Of a stretch of 64,000 nt of DNA, positions 19,604-29,949 are shown piece by piece. Under the pieces are notes generated by a model that saw only the letters and a program-made list of their open reading frames with translations, did no database searches and was not told the DNA's origin. Origin of the DNA: Patescibacteria group bacterium (GTDB lineage Bacteria > Patescibacteriota > Microgenomatia > UBA8517); NCBI GenBank assembly GCA_026416845.1, contig JAOAEL010000007.1, forward strand, positions 78-64,077, given 5' to 3'. Position 1 is the stretch's first letter. Each line of letters begins with the position of its first letter. Made by a program: the position numbers and the translations under genes.

Positions 19604-20995
19604 TTATTTTTGTTTTTTTAAAGACAAGCTTGCTTGTCTTAAATTTGAAATTTGTTGGAGGTAAGCTTTGATATTAAATTTTTTCTCTAAACCTGTTTTA
19701 GTCATTGCTCTTATTTTACCAATTACTGGTCTTGTGAAAAAAGGTCTGTCATGAAGCCCGCCAATTGACCATAAAATTCCGACATACCCATTTGGATCTC
19801 TGCCATCAAGTTCATATTTATCATTCAAGTATATTGCGATTTTTACTGCTTCTTCGGGGCTTTTGGTCCATTCAAGTATCTTTTTTGCCCAGTACATTCT
19901 GAGATATCCGTGCATTTTGCCAAGTATTACCATTTCTGTGTTTGCCGCGTTCCAGAGATTATCATGGGTTTTTGATTTTTCCAATTCGGATAGAGAATAA
20001 ATATGTTCTCTTTTGTCTTTCAAATGAGCTATAAGTTCTTTTTTTGCCCAGTTTGGAATTCCATTTATGTTGTCGTAGTTTTTATTATAGTAGCAGTAAT
20101 TATCTGAGAGTTCCTTCCTTACGATGATTTCTTCGAGAAAAGTTTGAGTATTTTCATCTTCTTTTCTTTTTTTAATTTCCAAAACTACCTGTTGCGAGCA
20201 AATATGTCCAAAATGCAAATATGCGGATAGCCCAGACAAGGCGTTTTTAGTAGGGTCATTTCTGTTTCTTTTGTAATTGTCAAGTTTATGGTTAATAAAT
20301 TCAAACATTTTTTTTACTGCTTCACTTTCTCCGGGTTTGATTGGTATTGCGCTTTTTAGTTTTTCTATTTTTAATTTTCCAAGGTAATAGTCCCAATTTA
20401 TTCTTTTTATTAAATTTGGTTTGTTTTGCTTTTTAACTTCTGGAAAGGTTGTCAAAAATTTGCTTAGTAGTTTGGTAATTTTAGGTCTGAATGTCTTGGC
20501 GGAAAATTCTTGTTTGGCTGAAGCTATCCAGCATGGCACTATGTTGTGTGCGTCAACTTCGTAGAAAGCAATATTGATTTTAGAAAGAATTTTTTCAATT
20601 TTTCTTCTTTTATATTTAGATGGAGAGAAATCTATGACAATGCAAGTGGTATCTTTGTTGTTGGCAATTTTAGTCACTTCAGATATTGCATTTCCAAAGA
20701 TGAAGTTAAAGGGAATGTGTAGTTTGGACAAATTACTCTCAACTTCCTTTAGTCCTTCAAGCATAAATTTTATGTTTCTTGGGTGAGTTTTGGGTTGTTT
20801 ATCGTAAAATACAAAAAAAACTTCCAAGGTTGAATTTGTTTCTATCGCTTTTTGTTGTGCAAAAAGCAGTGCCCAGTTTTTATTTACTCTTTGATCACGG
20901 CTCATCCAGTAGTATACTTTTGAGCCATTTTTGTTTATATCTGATTTGTTTAGTTTTCTTGCTCTTTCTTGCAAAACTTGCATGGTTTTTATCAA
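19604..20995 (-). CDS. phr: Class II CPD photolyase
   Basis: YWMSRDQR, VDAHNIVP, LSAYLHFG, MHGYLRMYWAKKILEW, DGRDPNGY. Confidence 0.95.
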   Translation of the reverse strand: MIKTMQVLQERARKLNKSDINKNGSKVYYWMSRDQRVNKNWALLFAQQKAIETNSTLEVFFVFYDKQPKTHPRNIKFMLEGLKEVESNLSKLHIPFNFIFGNAISEVTKIANNKDTTCIVIDFSPSKYKRRKIEKILSKINIAFYEVDAHNIVPCWIASAKQEFSAKTFRPKITKLLSKFLTTFPEVKKQNKPNLIKRINWDYYLGKLKIEKLKSAIPIKPGESEAVKKMFEFINHKLDNYKRNRNDPTKNALSGLSAYLHFGHICSQQVVLEIKKRKEDENTQTFLEEIIVRKELSDNYCYYNKNYDNINGIPNWAKKELIAHLKDKREHIYSLSELEKSKTHDNLWNAANTEMVILGKMHGYLRMYWAKKILEWTKSPEEAVKIAIYLNDKYELDGRDPNGYVGILWSIGGLHDRPFFTRPVIGKIRAMTKTGLEKKFNIKAYLQQISNLRQASLSLKKQK

Positions 20996-21031
20996 ATATT
21001 TTCTGATTAAATAAAATTGCTTGAGTTTATA

Positions 21032-22255
21032 TTACCTTCTTGTGAAGATTATTGCATTTGGTATGTCTCTGCCGGGCCCAACTTTGTATCCTCCGCTCCA
21101 AAGGGCAGTTGATCCGCCTGAATCGAGGTTCATAGCGTTTTCCATTCCAAGAGCTTTAAGAACTCGCGCAGATTCTACCACAGTTGCATTGTGAACTACT
21201 CCAATAAAAACAATATTTCCTTTGTTTGCCACAAAACTTCTATTTCCTTTACTGCCTTTTTTAGGGTCGTCATCCCCACCAAAGCGGATATTGCCGTTTT
21301 CTAGAAGCAATGGATAATTTGATATAACGCCATCAACGCTTGTGTCTCTTCCCCATTGCGATGCAGAGGAAACAAATCTGATATATCCATTGCCAAATAT
21401 GACAGCCGGATTATTGCTGTATACATTGTTTGAAGAATTGAAATAATGCTTATTTTTATTCATTACCAAAAGGTCAAAAGAATTTGTTTTATTTGCACAT
21501 GAAGGATATGTTGCAGGGCAAAAATAGGTGCCGTTTATACCAGCGAATCCTCCGTTTCTTGATACATAAGTTGACAAAGGAAGAACAGGACAATTGTTGG
21601 CGCAGTCACTATCGCTTGCGGTATCGACAATAACTCTGGTGGTAGAAATATCAGCAGCTATTAGGCTTACCATAAAAGATCCTATGTCAGTGTTAACTTG
21701 TTGTCTTGAATATCCAGAAGCTGGTGGGGTGTTGTTTTGAGGCACATTTGTTGGAATGCTTAAGTTTGATGCCAGTTTTGTTTCTTCTTCTTTGATTTTT
21801 TTATTAAGCTCATTTATCTTTTGAGTTGCTGACTCGTAGTCTTTTTTTGAGAGATCGCTTATAGCTTTTGCGAAAGTTTCATCCAGCACTTTGGTTTTGT
21901 TGGTTTTTTCTTTCAAATCCAGCAAACTTTCATAAGTATCAACTAAGCTATTGTATGTTTTTTGGATATTTTTTATCTCTTCTGCAAGCTCTTGGTTTAT
22001 TTTTACCTGATCTTGGGCGCTAAAATCTTCAAGTTCTTTTTGTGTTTTTTGCAACTCGCTTAGATATTGATTTTTTTCTGAAGCAAGCGATTCTAATCTT
22101 GAATTGAGCGACTTAATTTCTAGATTCGAGTTGTAAACTGCATATAATGCATATAAAAGAGGCAAAAAAATTGCAATTATTACAATTATTAAAAGATTGC
22201 TAAGATTTGCAGAGAGCAAAGCTCTTAAACTTGACAGCTTTTTAAACATATGCAT
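21032..22255 (-). CDS. Phosphodiester glycosidase (NAGPA) family protein with TM anchor and coiled coil
   Basis: GINGTYF, NLDSGGS, RDIPNAI. Confidence 0.85.
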   Translation of the reverse strand: MHMFKKLSSLRALLSANLSNLLIIVIIAIFLPLLYALYAVYNSNLEIKSLNSRLESLASEKNQYLSELQKTQKELEDFSAQDQVKINQELAEEIKNIQKTYNSLVDTYESLLDLKEKTNKTKVLDETFAKAISDLSKKDYESATQKINELNKKIKEEETKLASNLSIPTNVPQNNTPPASGYSRQQVNTDIGSFMVSLIAADISTTRVIVDTASDSDCANNCPVLPLSTYVSRNGGFAGINGTYFCPATYPSCANKTNSFDLLVMNKNKHYFNSSNNVYSNNPAVIFGNGYIRFVSSASQWGRDTSVDGVISNYPLLLENGNIRFGGDDDPKKGSKGNRSFVANKGNIVFIGVVHNATVVESARVLKALGMENAMNLDSGGSTALWSGGYKVGPGRDIPNAIIFTRR

Positions 22256-22319
22256 GATTTATAATATTTCTTTTAGAAAAAAAATAAAATTGGAAAATTA
22301 TATATAATCAAATCTGCAA

Positions 22320-22976
22320 ATGCTCTATGCCTTTTTATTGTTTGTCCAGATTGTTTTTCTGTATTTGATTTCTAAGCAAATTCTGAAATTGCTTTTAAGT
22401 TCAAAACAAAATTCCAAATTTAGAAAAATTCGTTTTTTTGTATTTGCCGTTTTCTTTTTGCCTGGGACGTTTTTGCATGAATTGTCTCATTTTGTAATGG
22501 CAAAGCTTTTGGGAGTGAGAGTTGAAAAATTTAACTTATTTCCCGTTTTTGCCGAATCAAAAATAGTTTTGGGAAGTGTAAGTCTTCAAAAAACGGATTT
22601 TATAAGACGATTTATAGTTGGTGTAGCACCGCTTTTTTTTGGAATAGCGATACTAAGCATTTTGGGTTTTTTCTTGACTAATTATCGTGATTCGCTGTCG
22701 TTTTGGTCATATGCTGTATTTGTTTTTTTAATTTTTGTGATATCAAATACTATGTTTTTAAGCGATAAAGATTTGGCAGGAAGTTGGAAGTTTTATATAT
22801 TTTTGCTTTTTGTTGTTGTAATTTTGTATTTTATTTTGAGATATTTTGATGTTGAAATTTATCAATTTTTGGATCAAATGTTCCAGAATATTTATTTTTT
22901 TGTGCATTTATTGGTTTATCCTTTGCTTATAAATCTTTTCTGCTTATTGATTGTGAGCTTTTTGTCAAAAAATTAG
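22320..22976 (+). CDS. Membrane zinc metallopeptidase-like protein (M50-like)
   Basis: PGTFLHELSH (HExxH) and GVAP in a multi-TM protein. Confidence 0.75.
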   Translation: MLYAFLLFVQIVFLYLISKQILKLLLSSKQNSKFRKIRFFVFAVFFLPGTFLHELSHFVMAKLLGVRVEKFNLFPVFAESKIVLGSVSLQKTDFIRRFIVGVAPLFFGIAILSILGFFLTNYRDSLSFWSYAVFVFLIFVISNTMFLSDKDLAGSWKFYIFLLFVVVILYFILRYFDVEIYQFLDQMFQNIYFFVHLLVYPLLINLFCLLIVSFLSKN

Positions 22977-23011
22977 CTTGGTGATTTATCCTAAAATTTT
23001 TTGCTTTGAAT

Positions 23012-23692
23012 ATGGCGACGCAAGGATACTTGTTAATTGATAAACCAAAAAATTTAACTTCTCACGATGTTATTAATATTTTAAGAAAGATAACTGGTGT
23101 GAAAAAAATTGGTCATGCTGGCACTTTGGATCCAAACGCTACAGGACTTCTAATAGTTGGAATTGGCAGGGAGTTTACAAAAAAGCTTGGATATTTCGCA
23201 AGTCAAGTCTCCAAAGAATATGAAGCAGAGATAATTTTAGGTGAAACTAGAGACACTTTTGATGCAGAAGGCGCTGTGATTCGTGTTAATAGCTTGGTTC
23301 CTAGTTCAGATCAGGTTAAACTAGTACTTGAGAAGAAGATTGGCAGACAAAAACAAATACCGCCAAAATTTTCAGCAATAAAAATTCAGGGTAGAAAAGC
23401 TTATGAATTGGCTAGAAAAGGCGAAAGTTTTATGCTAGAACCAAGAGATGTTATGGTTCATTCAATTGATTTGCTTGATTATAATTATCCTAAACTAAAG
23501 TTGCTTTTGAAAGTTTCAAGTGGGACATACATAAGATCGCTTGCAAATGATATTGGTGATATGCTTGGATGTGGAGCGTATCTCAACGAACTTAGACGAA
23601 CAAAAATTGGCAAATATTCTGTTTATGAAGCGGACAAGTTGGAAAATATCAAACCCGAGAATTGGCAAGGTTTTGTTAGGTTGGAAATTTAA
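23012..23692 (+). CDS. truB: tRNA pseudouridine(55) synthase
   Basis: DKP..TSHD, GHAGTLDP, PPKFSAIK, GTYIRSLA, LRRT. Confidence 0.96.
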   Translation: MATQGYLLIDKPKNLTSHDVINILRKITGVKKIGHAGTLDPNATGLLIVGIGREFTKKLGYFASQVSKEYEAEIILGETRDTFDAEGAVIRVNSLVPSSDQVKLVLEKKIGRQKQIPPKFSAIKIQGRKAYELARKGESFMLEPRDVMVHSIDLLDYNYPKLKLLLKVSSGTYIRSLANDIGDMLGCGAYLNELRRTKIGKYSVYEADKLENIKPENWQGFVRLEI

Positions 23693-23764
23693 TTTTTATG
23701 GATAAAATTTAAGGCTAATTTTGTTTTTCACGAAAATAAGATCTAATTTTTAAACTTTTTCATA

Positions 23765-24508
23765 ATGGACATAACACAAGCAATTATTTTGGGTATTATT
23801 CAGGGTGTTACTGAATTTTTGCCAATTTCTTCCTCTGGGCATTTGGTTATTGTTCAGAATTTAATGCCTAATTTTTCCCAACCCGGGATACTTTTTGATG
23901 TTACTGTTCATGTGGGGACATTGTTTGCTGTGATTTATTTTTTTAGACAAAGAATTTTATCAATCAGCAAAAGAGATATATTTTTATTAGGATTAGGCAC
24001 TGCGCCGTCAATTCTTGCCGGATTTTTCTTGCAAGAGTTTTTGGAGAATAGTTTTAAAGCAAGCAATTTTTCGATTGGGATGCAATTTATTCTTACTGCT
24101 TTGATGTGTTTTTGGGTGGATCATGCAAAACATGATGATAAGAAAGTTACAGCAACGAATTCAGTATTAATTGGCATTGCTCAGGCTGTTTCAATCTTGC
24201 CTGCTATATCAAGGTCTGGTGCTACCATTTTTGCTTCAAGAATTTTGGGAATAGAAAAGTCCAAAGCCGCTGAGTTTTCTTTTTTGTTATCTATTCCGGC
24301 AATTTTGGGAGCGTCTGTTCTTCAACTAAAATCTCATGTGGGATCTGTACCCAAATCAGACATTTTTGCTTATTTTGTCGGGTTTTTTGTGGCTATGGTT
24401 GTTGGGTATTTTTCTATAAGTTTTACCATCAAAACTCTTCTAAGTTCAAAATTTAAGTGGTTTGGTTTTTATACTTTGATTTTGGGTATGATGTTAATTT
24501 TTATCTAA
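23765..24508 (+). CDS. uppP: Undecaprenyl-diphosphate phosphatase (BacA)
   Basis: QGVTEFLPISSSGH, PAISRSGAT, AEFSFLLSIP. Confidence 0.95.
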   Translation: MDITQAIILGIIQGVTEFLPISSSGHLVIVQNLMPNFSQPGILFDVTVHVGTLFAVIYFFRQRILSISKRDIFLLGLGTAPSILAGFFLQEFLENSFKASNFSIGMQFILTALMCFWVDHAKHDDKKVTATNSVLIGIAQAVSILPAISRSGATIFASRILGIEKSKAAEFSFLLSIPAILGASVLQLKSHVGSVPKSDIFAYFVGFFVAMVVGYFSISFTIKTLLSSKFKWFGFYTLILGMMLIFI

Positions 24509-24869
24509 CAAGATTTGCTATTTTAGGCGTGAACAAAATTAACCCCACTATTACGGAAAGAATCGAGGCTACCAAAACTCCAGCGGCTGCCACATCTTTG
24601 GCAATTTTTGCTTGAGGATTGTATTTTGGACTGATCAGATCTACAACTGCTTCGATGACAGTATTTAGCAGCTCCATTGTGATAACGTAAAAGATTGTGA
24701 ATGCAAGTATTATCCATTCGATAGCTGAAAGATTGAAAAAGAAACCAACCGATAAAATTATTAAGGCGATAGCTAAATGAATTCTAAAGTTTGGTTCATT
24801 TTTCATTGCTGTTTTGATGCCTTCAAACGCGTATCCAAAACTTTTTATGGTTGAATGTTTGATTCCCAT
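24501..24869 (-). CDS. dgkA: Prokaryotic diacylglycerol/undecaprenol kinase family protein
   Basis: SFGYAFEG, EPNFRIH, ELLNTVIE..VD, AKDVAAAGV. Confidence 0.9.
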   Translation of the reverse strand: MGIKHSTIKSFGYAFEGIKTAMKNEPNFRIHLAIALIILSVGFFFNLSAIEWIILAFTIFYVITMELLNTVIEAVVDLISPKYNPQAKIAKDVAAAGVLVASILSVIVGLILFTPKIANLVR

Positions 24870-24928
24870 GCTTCGAGTATAAACCCAAATAATTGATAAA
24901 ACAAAATTAGGTATGTATATTTAAATTA

Positions 24929-25642
24929 ATGTTTGACAAAAAGTTTTTTTTGTTAATTTTAGTATGTAGTTTATTTATCATTTCTGTTGTCCCAACTTTA
25001 ATAAACAGTTCTACAAAGTACAAAGAGCAAATTCTTGTGGGGCAGGATGATTTACTATCGTGCGATACAAATTCTTATACAGGCGAAATTAACACTTTTG
25101 ATAAGTTTGCCTATTTTGAGGGTCGAAGATTTTCTTACCCGTCTTATTTGCTAGATTACTTAGCTGGTGAAAATTCTAACATCTCTAATGTGATGGGTGT
25201 AAATAGTGACGCAAAGTGGGTTCAGGTCGATTTGTCAGATCAAACTTTAATTGCTTGGGAGGGTGATAAAAAAGTTTTGGAAACCAAGATATCGTCAGGT
25301 TTGCCCCGCACTCCCACACCTAAAGGGGAGTTTAGGGTTTGGATTAAGTTAAGATCCGCTAAAATGGAAGGAGGTTCAGGAAGAAATTACTATTATTTGC
25401 CCAATGTTCCCTATGTTATGTATTTTGCCAATGAGAATGTCCCCGCTCGCAAAGGTTACGGTTTGCATGGAGCTTATTGGCATAATGATTTTGGTAGGCC
25501 CAGGAGTCATGGTTGTGTAAATCTACCAATTCCTATAGCAAAGCAGTTGTATGAATGGGTTGATCCTGTTTTGCCACCTGGGAAGAATGTTGCACGAGCT
25601 ACAAAAGAAAATCCGGGCACAAGAATTGTAATACACGACTAG
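24929..25642 (+). CDS. L,D-transpeptidase (YkuD family)
   Basis: VDLSDQ, TPKGEF, LHGAYWH, SHGCVNL. Confidence 0.92.
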   Translation: MFDKKFFLLILVCSLFIISVVPTLINSSTKYKEQILVGQDDLLSCDTNSYTGEINTFDKFAYFEGRRFSYPSYLLDYLAGENSNISNVMGVNSDAKWVQVDLSDQTLIAWEGDKKVLETKISSGLPRTPTPKGEFRVWIKLRSAKMEGGSGRNYYYLPNVPYVMYFANENVPARKGYGLHGAYWHNDFGRPRSHGCVNLPIPIAKQLYEWVDPVLPPGKNVARATKENPGTRIVIHD

Positions 25643-25691
25643 CAAGATTTATAATTTGTTATAAATGGCTTAATTTTTTTGAGTATCTTTT

Positions 25692-26150
25692 ATGCATGAT
25701 ATAACTTATAACTTGATACTTTTTATTGCCAGTTTTTTGATTTGGATTATGATTTTGTGTGCAATAATTTTGTGGTTTTTTTCCAAAAGAAGACAACATA
25801 AGGTATTAGTTGCAATTTTTTTTACTATTTTAATTGCTGTGTTTATATCTCAATTGATTAAAAGTTTTTTCCCTTATGCGCGACCTTTCGAATTATATAA
25901 TTTATCTCCGATTACTTTGACTTTCCCTAAAGATTCTTCTTTCCCGTCAACTCATGCTGCAGTTGCTTTTGCTTTAGCATTTTCTTTAAATTCTTATTAT
26001 AAAAAATATGCTTTTTGGTTTTTTATTTGCGCAATGTTTGTAGGTATTGGAAGAATTGTTAGTAATGTTCATTTTTTAGGGGATGTTGCTGGTGGTGTAT
26101 TGGTTGGGTATCTTGCAAATAAGATTAGAATATTACTAAGAATTAGTTGA
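25692..26150 (+). CDS. PAP2 family phosphatase (undecaprenyl-PP phosphatase type)
   Basis: K...RP, SFPSTHA, RIVSNVHFLGD. Confidence 0.88.
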   Translation: MHDITYNLILFIASFLIWIMILCAIILWFFSKRRQHKVLVAIFFTILIAVFISQLIKSFFPYARPFELYNLSPITLTFPKDSSFPSTHAAVAFALAFSLNSYYKKYAFWFFICAMFVGIGRIVSNVHFLGDVAGGVLVGYLANKIRILLRIS

Positions 26151-26189
26151 CAAACTTGACAATTAGCAAAAGATGTTCTAGACTGCTAA
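26147..26189 (+). promoter_or_regulatory. lon promoter with an overlapping CIRCE-like (HrcA) operator
   Basis: TTGACA (26156-61), 17 bp, TAGACT (26179-84); TTAGCAAAA-N9-GACTGCTAA at 26163-26189 versus CIRCE TTAGCACTC-N9-GAGTGCTAA. Confidence 0.7.
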
Positions 26190-26198
26190 AGCTATTTT

Positions 26199-28688
26199 AT
26201 GAATGAATTACAAAAAGATAACATAAAAGAAGAAAAAACAATAAGAAAACTGCCGATAGTTGCAATTCGTGGTTCTGTGCTTTTTCCAAGTACTGATTTG
26301 GCTCTTAATTTTGGTCGTAAAAAGAGTATAGAAGCAATGAGCTTTGCTTTTAATCAAGACAAGGTAGTTGGTATTTTTACTCAAATTGATTCTCGTACTG
26401 TAGATCCTAACTATAATGATCTTAATAAAGTTGGAACTTTGGCAATAATTTCTCAAATGATGTCAACAGAAAATGAAGTTGTAGCTCTTGTTAAAGGTCA
26501 GAAAAGGATATTTTTAAAAGAAATTGTTTCTACAGAACCTTATTTGCTTGGAATTGTTGAAGAAATTCAGGAAGAAGAATTAAGCAATCAGTATAAGTTA
26601 GATGTTGAAGCGTTAACTAACAAAATTTCTGAACTTTTCAAAAAGGCTATCAATCTTGGCAAACAAGCAGAGCTTGTTTCGGTCATGCGTTTAATTTCTG
26701 ATCAAATAAATCCTAGTGATCTTGCAGATCAAGTTGCATCTTTACTTGATATATCTGCTAAAAAGAAGCAGGAAATTTTAGAAATTATACCTTTGAAAAA
26801 GAGACTTGAAGTGGTTTATGAAGCTCTTTCTCATGAAGTAAACGTTTTAGAACTGGAAAAAAACATATCTGATAAGACGCAAAAGAGATTTGAAGAACAA
26901 ATGAGAAAAGCAATGCTTCGAGAAAAGAAAAAAACTATAGAGCAAGAATTGGGCGAAGTTGATGATGAAAATATAATTTCTGAAGAGTTGAAAGAGTATA
27001 GAAGAAAAATTAAGGAATCAAGAATGCCTAAAAATGTTCGTGATAAAGCTGAAAAGGAACTTAAAAAGCTTTCTCAATTGTCTCCACATAATCCTGAAGG
27101 AGGTTACATAAGAAATTATTTAGATTGGTTAACTGATATGCCATGGAATAAGTTTTCTGAGAGCCGTGTCTCAATTGCCAATGCCGCCAAAGTTTTAGAT
27201 AAAGAGCATTATGGTATAGAGAAAGTTAAAGAGCGAATTTTGGAATATTTATCTGTTATGAAAGTAAAATCTACTGAAGTGTCTGAAAAAGGCAAATCTT
27301 CTACAAGCTCAAATTCAAAAAAAGATTCTGATAAAGATTACCATCCTACTATTTTGTGTTTTATTGGACCTCCCGGTGTAGGTAAGACATCTATTGGCAA
27401 GTCTATAGCCAAGGCATTAAATCGCGAATTTGTAAGGATTTCTTTGGGAGGTGTTAGAGATGAAGCAGAGATTAGAGGACATAGGAGAACCTATGTTGGA
27501 GCTTTACCAGGTAGAATTATACAGGGAATAAAAAATGCTGGCACAAAAAATCCTGTGTTTATGCTTGATGAAATAGATAAACTAGGCAATGATTTTCGAG
27601 GTGATCCTTCTTCGGCTCTTTTAGAAGCTCTTGATCCAGAGCAGAACAAAGAATTTTCTGATCATTATTTGGAAGTTCCTTTTGATCTCTCACAAGTGAT
27701 GTTTATAGCAACTGGAAATGTTTTGGAAGATATACCACCAGCCCTTCGTGACAGAATGGAAGTGATAAGGTTTGCTGGTTACACACAAGATGAAAAATTT
27801 CATATTGCTAAAAATTTCTTGTGGAGTAAGCAAGTTAAGGCTCATGGTTTAGCAAACAAAAATTTAAGATTGTCAAAGCAAGCTTTAAATGAAATTATTA
27901 ACAGGTATACTAAAGAAGCAGGAGTTAGAAATTTAGAACGTAGTTTGGCAACTATTTGTAGAAAAATAGCGAGATGTGTTGCTGAGAATAAAGAATATCC
28001 AACATTGATTAAGGTTGCTGATGTTAGAAAATACTTAGGGCCTCAAAAGTATTCGAATCAACTGGCTGAAAAGAAAGAAGAAGTAGGAATGGCCACAGGT
28101 CTTGCTGTAACTGCGGCTGGTGGAGAGATTCTTTTTGTTGAGGTTGCTTTGATGCCCGGTCGTGGACAGTTAGTGCTTACCGGGCAACTTGGCGATGTTA
28201 TGAAAGAATCTGCAAAAGCTGCATTTACTTGGTCTAGATCTCACTGGCAAGAATTAGGTCTTGATAGGCATTTTGCCAAAGGTATTGATGTGCATATTCA
28301 TGTTCCTGAAGGAGCAGTGCCTAAAGATGGTCCGTCCGCAGGCATTGCAATAACTACGGCTTTGGTATCTGCGCTTACAAAAATTCCTGTCAGAAGTAGT
28401 GTGGGTATGACTGGTGAAGTGACTTTGCGTGGCAGAGTTTTGGAAATTGGTGGTGTAAAAGAAAAGGTTATTGCGGGACATAGGGCAGGACTTAAAACTA
28501 TAATTTTGCCGAAAGAAAATGAGAAGGATATGGAAGAAATTCCTGAAAATGTTAGAAATGACTTAAATTTTGTTTTTGCATCACAAATTCAAGAAGTCCT
28601 TAAAATTGCTCTTTGCAAAATGCCAAAGCCAAAAATTGAAAAATCCGAAGAATTGCCTAATAAATTCTCTGCGATTGCTAGTGCTTAA
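26199..28688 (+). CDS. lon: ATP-dependent protease La
   Basis: GPPGVGKTS, RGHRRTYVGA, LDEIDK, PKDGPSAG, GGVKEK. Confidence 0.98.
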   Translation: MNELQKDNIKEEKTIRKLPIVAIRGSVLFPSTDLALNFGRKKSIEAMSFAFNQDKVVGIFTQIDSRTVDPNYNDLNKVGTLAIISQMMSTENEVVALVKGQKRIFLKEIVSTEPYLLGIVEEIQEEELSNQYKLDVEALTNKISELFKKAINLGKQAELVSVMRLISDQINPSDLADQVASLLDISAKKKQEILEIIPLKKRLEVVYEALSHEVNVLELEKNISDKTQKRFEEQMRKAMLREKKKTIEQELGEVDDENIISEELKEYRRKIKESRMPKNVRDKAEKELKKLSQLSPHNPEGGYIRNYLDWLTDMPWNKFSESRVSIANAAKVLDKEHYGIEKVKERILEYLSVMKVKSTEVSEKGKSSTSSNSKKDSDKDYHPTILCFIGPPGVGKTSIGKSIAKALNREFVRISLGGVRDEAEIRGHRRTYVGALPGRIIQGIKNAGTKNPVFMLDEIDKLGNDFRGDPSSALLEALDPEQNKEFSDHYLEVPFDLSQVMFIATGNVLEDIPPALRDRMEVIRFAGYTQDEKFHIAKNFLWSKQVKAHGLANKNLRLSKQALNEIINRYTKEAGVRNLERSLATICRKIARCVAENKEYPTLIKVADVRKYLGPQKYSNQLAEKKEEVGMATGLAVTAAGGEILFVEVALMPGRGQLVLTGQLGDVMKESAKAAFTWSRSHWQELGLDRHFAKGIDVHIHVPEGAVPKDGPSAGIAITTALVSALTKIPVRSSVGMTGEVTLRGRVLEIGGVKEKVIAGHRAGLKTIILPKENEKDMEEIPENVRNDLNFVFASQIQEVLKIALCKMPKPKIEKSEELPNKFSAIASA

Positions 28689-29113
28689 CAAGAAGTAAAA
28701 ACAAAAAAATTTTCAAAAATTTACCTTTGATAAATGTTTAGTTATTTAAAGATTATTTCCAAAATTTTAATAGTAATTTTAATAGTAAATTGGAGAAAAG
28801 TAGTGACGCAAAGCAGGGGTTAGGGAGATTCATGCAAATTGGTGTTCCTAGAAAACAAGATTTTGATATTGCCCGAAAGCATTTTATGTCTTTTGTTGTA
28901 ATTGAATGAACAAATTTGCCGTAGAGTATATGCTACCCCAAAAAATAAACATAGGCAAAATAATCGCAATTAAAATGAAATACTTTAAAAAGGATTTATT
29001 TTTTTTGTTCTTGATTGGCTTCAACTTTCATATTAATTGAATTATTTTTGTTTTGTACATTAAAAATGTTTTTTGTAAAGTGAAGTGTTAAAATACAATA
29101 GTTTTTTTATAAA

Positions 29114-29185
29114 GGCGCTATCGTCTATCGGCTAGGACGGCAGGTTCTCATCCTGCAAAGCAGGGTTCGATTCCCTGTAGCGTCA
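29114..29185 (+). tRNA. tRNA-Glu (anticodon CTC)
   Basis: Acceptor stem GGCGCTA/TAGCGTC, anticodon arm GCAGG-TT-CTC-AT-CCTGC, GGTTCGATTCC. Confidence 0.96.
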
Positions 29186-29318
29186 CAAATGTCATAAGGT
29201 TTAGATTGTGCTTTTGATCCTGTAATTCGTATTAACATAGTGGTACATTGACCATTTTGGTCACGAGAAGAATAATTACCTCTGTAGATGTTGTTATTCC
29301 TGAATAATTATCATTTTA

Positions 29319-29938
29319 TTAGTCAAAATAAACTTTGTTTTGATGCGAGAGAGAAGTTCTTGTCATTCTTCTACTGTTCCTATTTGGAGAATGTGTAAAA
29401 GATAGTTTTTGATTGTTTTTATTGGCTGAGATTTTGGTGATTCTGTAACATCGGTTTTTGCTACTTCTTAAAAGTTTTCTAAAGTTTTCAAGTGACAATA
29501 ATTTTAATTCAATAAATTCATGCTCTTCAGCCTTTGACTCGCTGACTTTTTCACAGTCAGTTGCAACAAAACAATATCTTCTCATGGTTGAATAAGCATC
29601 ATCAAAACAAGTAGTCACGAGTTGTACTGTTACCTTGTAACCTGTTTCTTCAAGTAGTTCTCGTTCCATTGTTTTTTCTGGTTTTTCGTTTGGATCAACA
29701 AATCACGTGGTAATTCTAGTAGGATTTCTTTTGGACCTTGACGATATTGCTTGGCAACAATAACTTTATTGTCTCTGGTCATGGCCAAAACTACGGCAGC
29801 AGGGTCTTCCTTTTTAATATAAAAATCAGTTTCTTTTCCATCTGGGAGCCTAAACATCACTCTCTCGATATTTCGACTATATTTTTCAAAAGCAATTTTT
29901 CTTGAGAGTTCGTACCATTTCTGTACCTTCTTATTCAT
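29319..29938 (-). pseudogene. Frameshifted NUDIX hydrolase (ADP-ribose pyrophosphatase NudF-like)
   Basis: KQYRQG..LLELP in one frame continues as FVDPNEKPEKTMERELLEETGY in another; shift near 29705. Confidence 0.8.
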
Positions 29939-29949
29939 AGACTTATTCT

